A stretch of 64,000 nt of DNA from Octopus sinensis (lineage: Eukaryota). The number at the start of each line of letters is the position of its first letter. Positions within the stretch are counted from its first letter, which is position 1. Of this stretch, positions 62,107 through 64,000 are shown in pieces. The DNA is taken from contig NC_042998.1 of the NCBI RefSeq assembly GCF_006345805.1, positions 68,634,001 to 68,698,000 on the forward strand, read 5' to 3'. Made by a program: the position numbers and the translations under genes. The notes under the pieces are model-generated. The model worked only from the letters and a program-made list of their open reading frames with translations, made no database searches and was not told the origin of the DNA.

Positions 62107-62838
62107 TCAAATCGCCATTACCACGAAGAGTTTGTTCTCAAGAAAAATCTCAGAAAAACACCAAAATGTAAAAATGAGCAAGACAAATGAAAATATACGT
62201 AATAAAAAACGATTACCTACGAGAAATGACCCTATTGCTTCTTTGCCAGGAGTTGAGGTGGGAGTGCCTGATTTCAAACTGTTTGTAGACCAATCAATAC
62301 AGGGTAGATTAAAATCTCCCATCATAATTATGTTATTAGAATGGCACTGTTGAATAAAGCATTTAATGTTGTTAAAGCATTCATTAAAGCGCAGTATGGG
62401 TGTTTGAGGTGGCCTGTACAGCCCACCTATTATCAGGTTATTGGTTTTGTTGTGAACAGTGACCAATTCACAGTAGCCGTTAGAGAATTTCATATTTCCA
62501 TCTGCCGAAAATGAATCATACAGGAAAGTGACAGTTACACCCTTCCTTCTGTCGACTCGATCTGCGCGGATGGTTGTGAAATTCCTCGCTTTCCCTTCGA
62601 CTTCCAAGTGAGAGTTGTCAAGGTGGGCCACGGTAAGAATGAAGAAAGTGATGTGGTGTGGATGGTTACCAACCCAATCCTCAACGAATTGGATCTTCCA
62701 TTTTTGCGCATTGATGGAAGAATTGATACCTTGTGCATTGAATAGAAATGTAGAGATTAGTGTAGTGGCAGGCTTTGACTGTTGTAGGGGGCTTTTTTTA
62801 TTGTGCGTTAGTGACAGCAATGTGGGGAGTTGGTGCAC
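62107..62838 (-). pseudogene. AP-type endonuclease domain of a CR1/L2-type LINE ORF2 (decayed)
   Basis: FLFNAQGI, IRADRVDRRKG, IGGLYRPP, IIMMGDFNLPCIDWS motifs; the catalytic TE(T/S) is altered to TVA; no RT follows. Confidence 0.8.
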
Positions 62839-63141
62839 AGGGTAATAGCATAGGATGGTATTGAGGGATTGCCAAAAGGTTTTTTTTTTTGTATTTCTTT
62901 TGTCAGACTCAAAGCTAATACCACCTGGCTTGACTGTAATGACATCAGTGGATTCAAATAAAGCTTGAAGAGTAGCGGAGAGAGCAGGGTACGCCCTCGT
63001 CCGTGAAAGGATTCATTATAACCGTTGGAAAAAGCATGAAAACAAGATGAGGATACCTATCCGTCCATTATAAATAAAGAAAAGGGTATATTCAATATTA
63101 ACTTAGTATTTAACAAACGACCAGCATTCTATTTTGGCGGC

Positions 63142-63237
63142 AACAGCATTTCGAGCATTAAATGGTTCAACGACAAACATGATAAACAGTTTGATATTGT
63201 AGAATTCTACGCTTCAATAACGAAAGTTCTCTTATAA
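63142..63237 (+). mobile_element. RT fragment of a second, different PLE lineage
   Basis: NSISSIKWFNDKHDKQFDIVEFYASITKVLL resembles the W.N...VI.WF...FDI..FYPSI..LL form of RT motif A seen in some PLEs, and differs from SFDVVSLYTNIP of the array. Confidence 0.5.
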
Positions 63238-63661
63238 GTGAGATAAGCGCATTAGCCGGCGCAGAGTAAGAAGCAAATTGTTAGCAAAGTTGCACAGCAA
63301 GTTAGTTCCACACTCCATTTTGTTTTTGTTAATTTTTTCTAAATTGGTTCCAAAAATACTTTTTGATTAATTCTAAATTACAATCCTTAATAATTATATA
63401 TATAGAACATATATATTATTAAATATGACGTATAATATCATATATGCCATATTATTTTATTATATTTTCAATTCACTCATTTTTTTATATGATTCTAATT
63501 ACTTTATTTTCATTGCATTAAGTGAATTAGATTTTTTAATTTTTGATTTATTCATACTCTTGTTCATACATACATGCCCACAAACACACTTAACACACGC
63601 GCACGCACGCACACACACATTCACACACACACACACACACATATCATGATGATGATGATAT

Positions 63662-63808
63662 GACGGGTTCCCTTGTCGTGACCGACAAATGAGTGTTCAG
63701 TAAAATAAAGCTTTAATCATATTCTATGGACACGAATGTATCTTTTGAGGCCTGGTGATGCCTTGCAAACCTTTTGGAAAATGGAACAAGTTGAGAACGC
63801 AGTTTGCT
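63662..63808 (-). mobile_element. C2H2-like 3' fragment related to 59247-59548
   Basis: CSIFQKVCKASPGLKRYIRVH followed by a short UTR and (CAT/ATC)n; (CATA)n at the 5' junction. Confidence 0.4.
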
Positions 63809-63840
<32 letters not shown>

Positions 63841-64000
63841 TGTATGTATGTATGTATGTATGTATGTATGTATGTGTGTGTGTGTATGTGCAGATTTATA
63901 TGTTTTATGTATGTATTCTCATGCATATAGTTGCATATCTAGACATGCTCATATATATTTAAATGATAAACTTCTAGAAAGTTTTACAGATTTTTACAGT

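Overview
AT-rich, microsatellite-saturated eukaryotic DNA with no recognisable host protein-coding gene, so probably intergenic or a very large intron. The repeat types (tRNA-derived SINEs, R4/Dong, RTE and CR1/L2-type LINE debris) point to an octopus/cephalopod genome; that is an inference. The dominant feature is a young partial-tandem array of a Penelope-like element (PLE) at 23354-32997: a 5'-truncated GIY-YIG/pseudo-LTR piece followed by two near-identical ~4.26-kb units. Each unit has a long coiled-coil/basic ORF1 that overlaps the RT-GIY-YIG ORF in the -1 frame across a U7 run, plus a hammerhead-like motif in its pseudo-LTR. Separately, several unrelated short elements carry minimal type I hammerhead ribozyme motifs ~50-140 nt from their 3' ends, often in fold-back (inverted) arrangements. 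The most striking is a tRNA-headed SINE-like element with a hammerhead and an inverted truncated partner (39542-40110), a candidate PLE-mobilised SINE. Most long ORFs in the supplied track are translations of simple repeats. There is a 100-N gap at 33950-34049. All alignments and folds were done by eye, so boundaries are approximate unless a TSD or motif fixes them.
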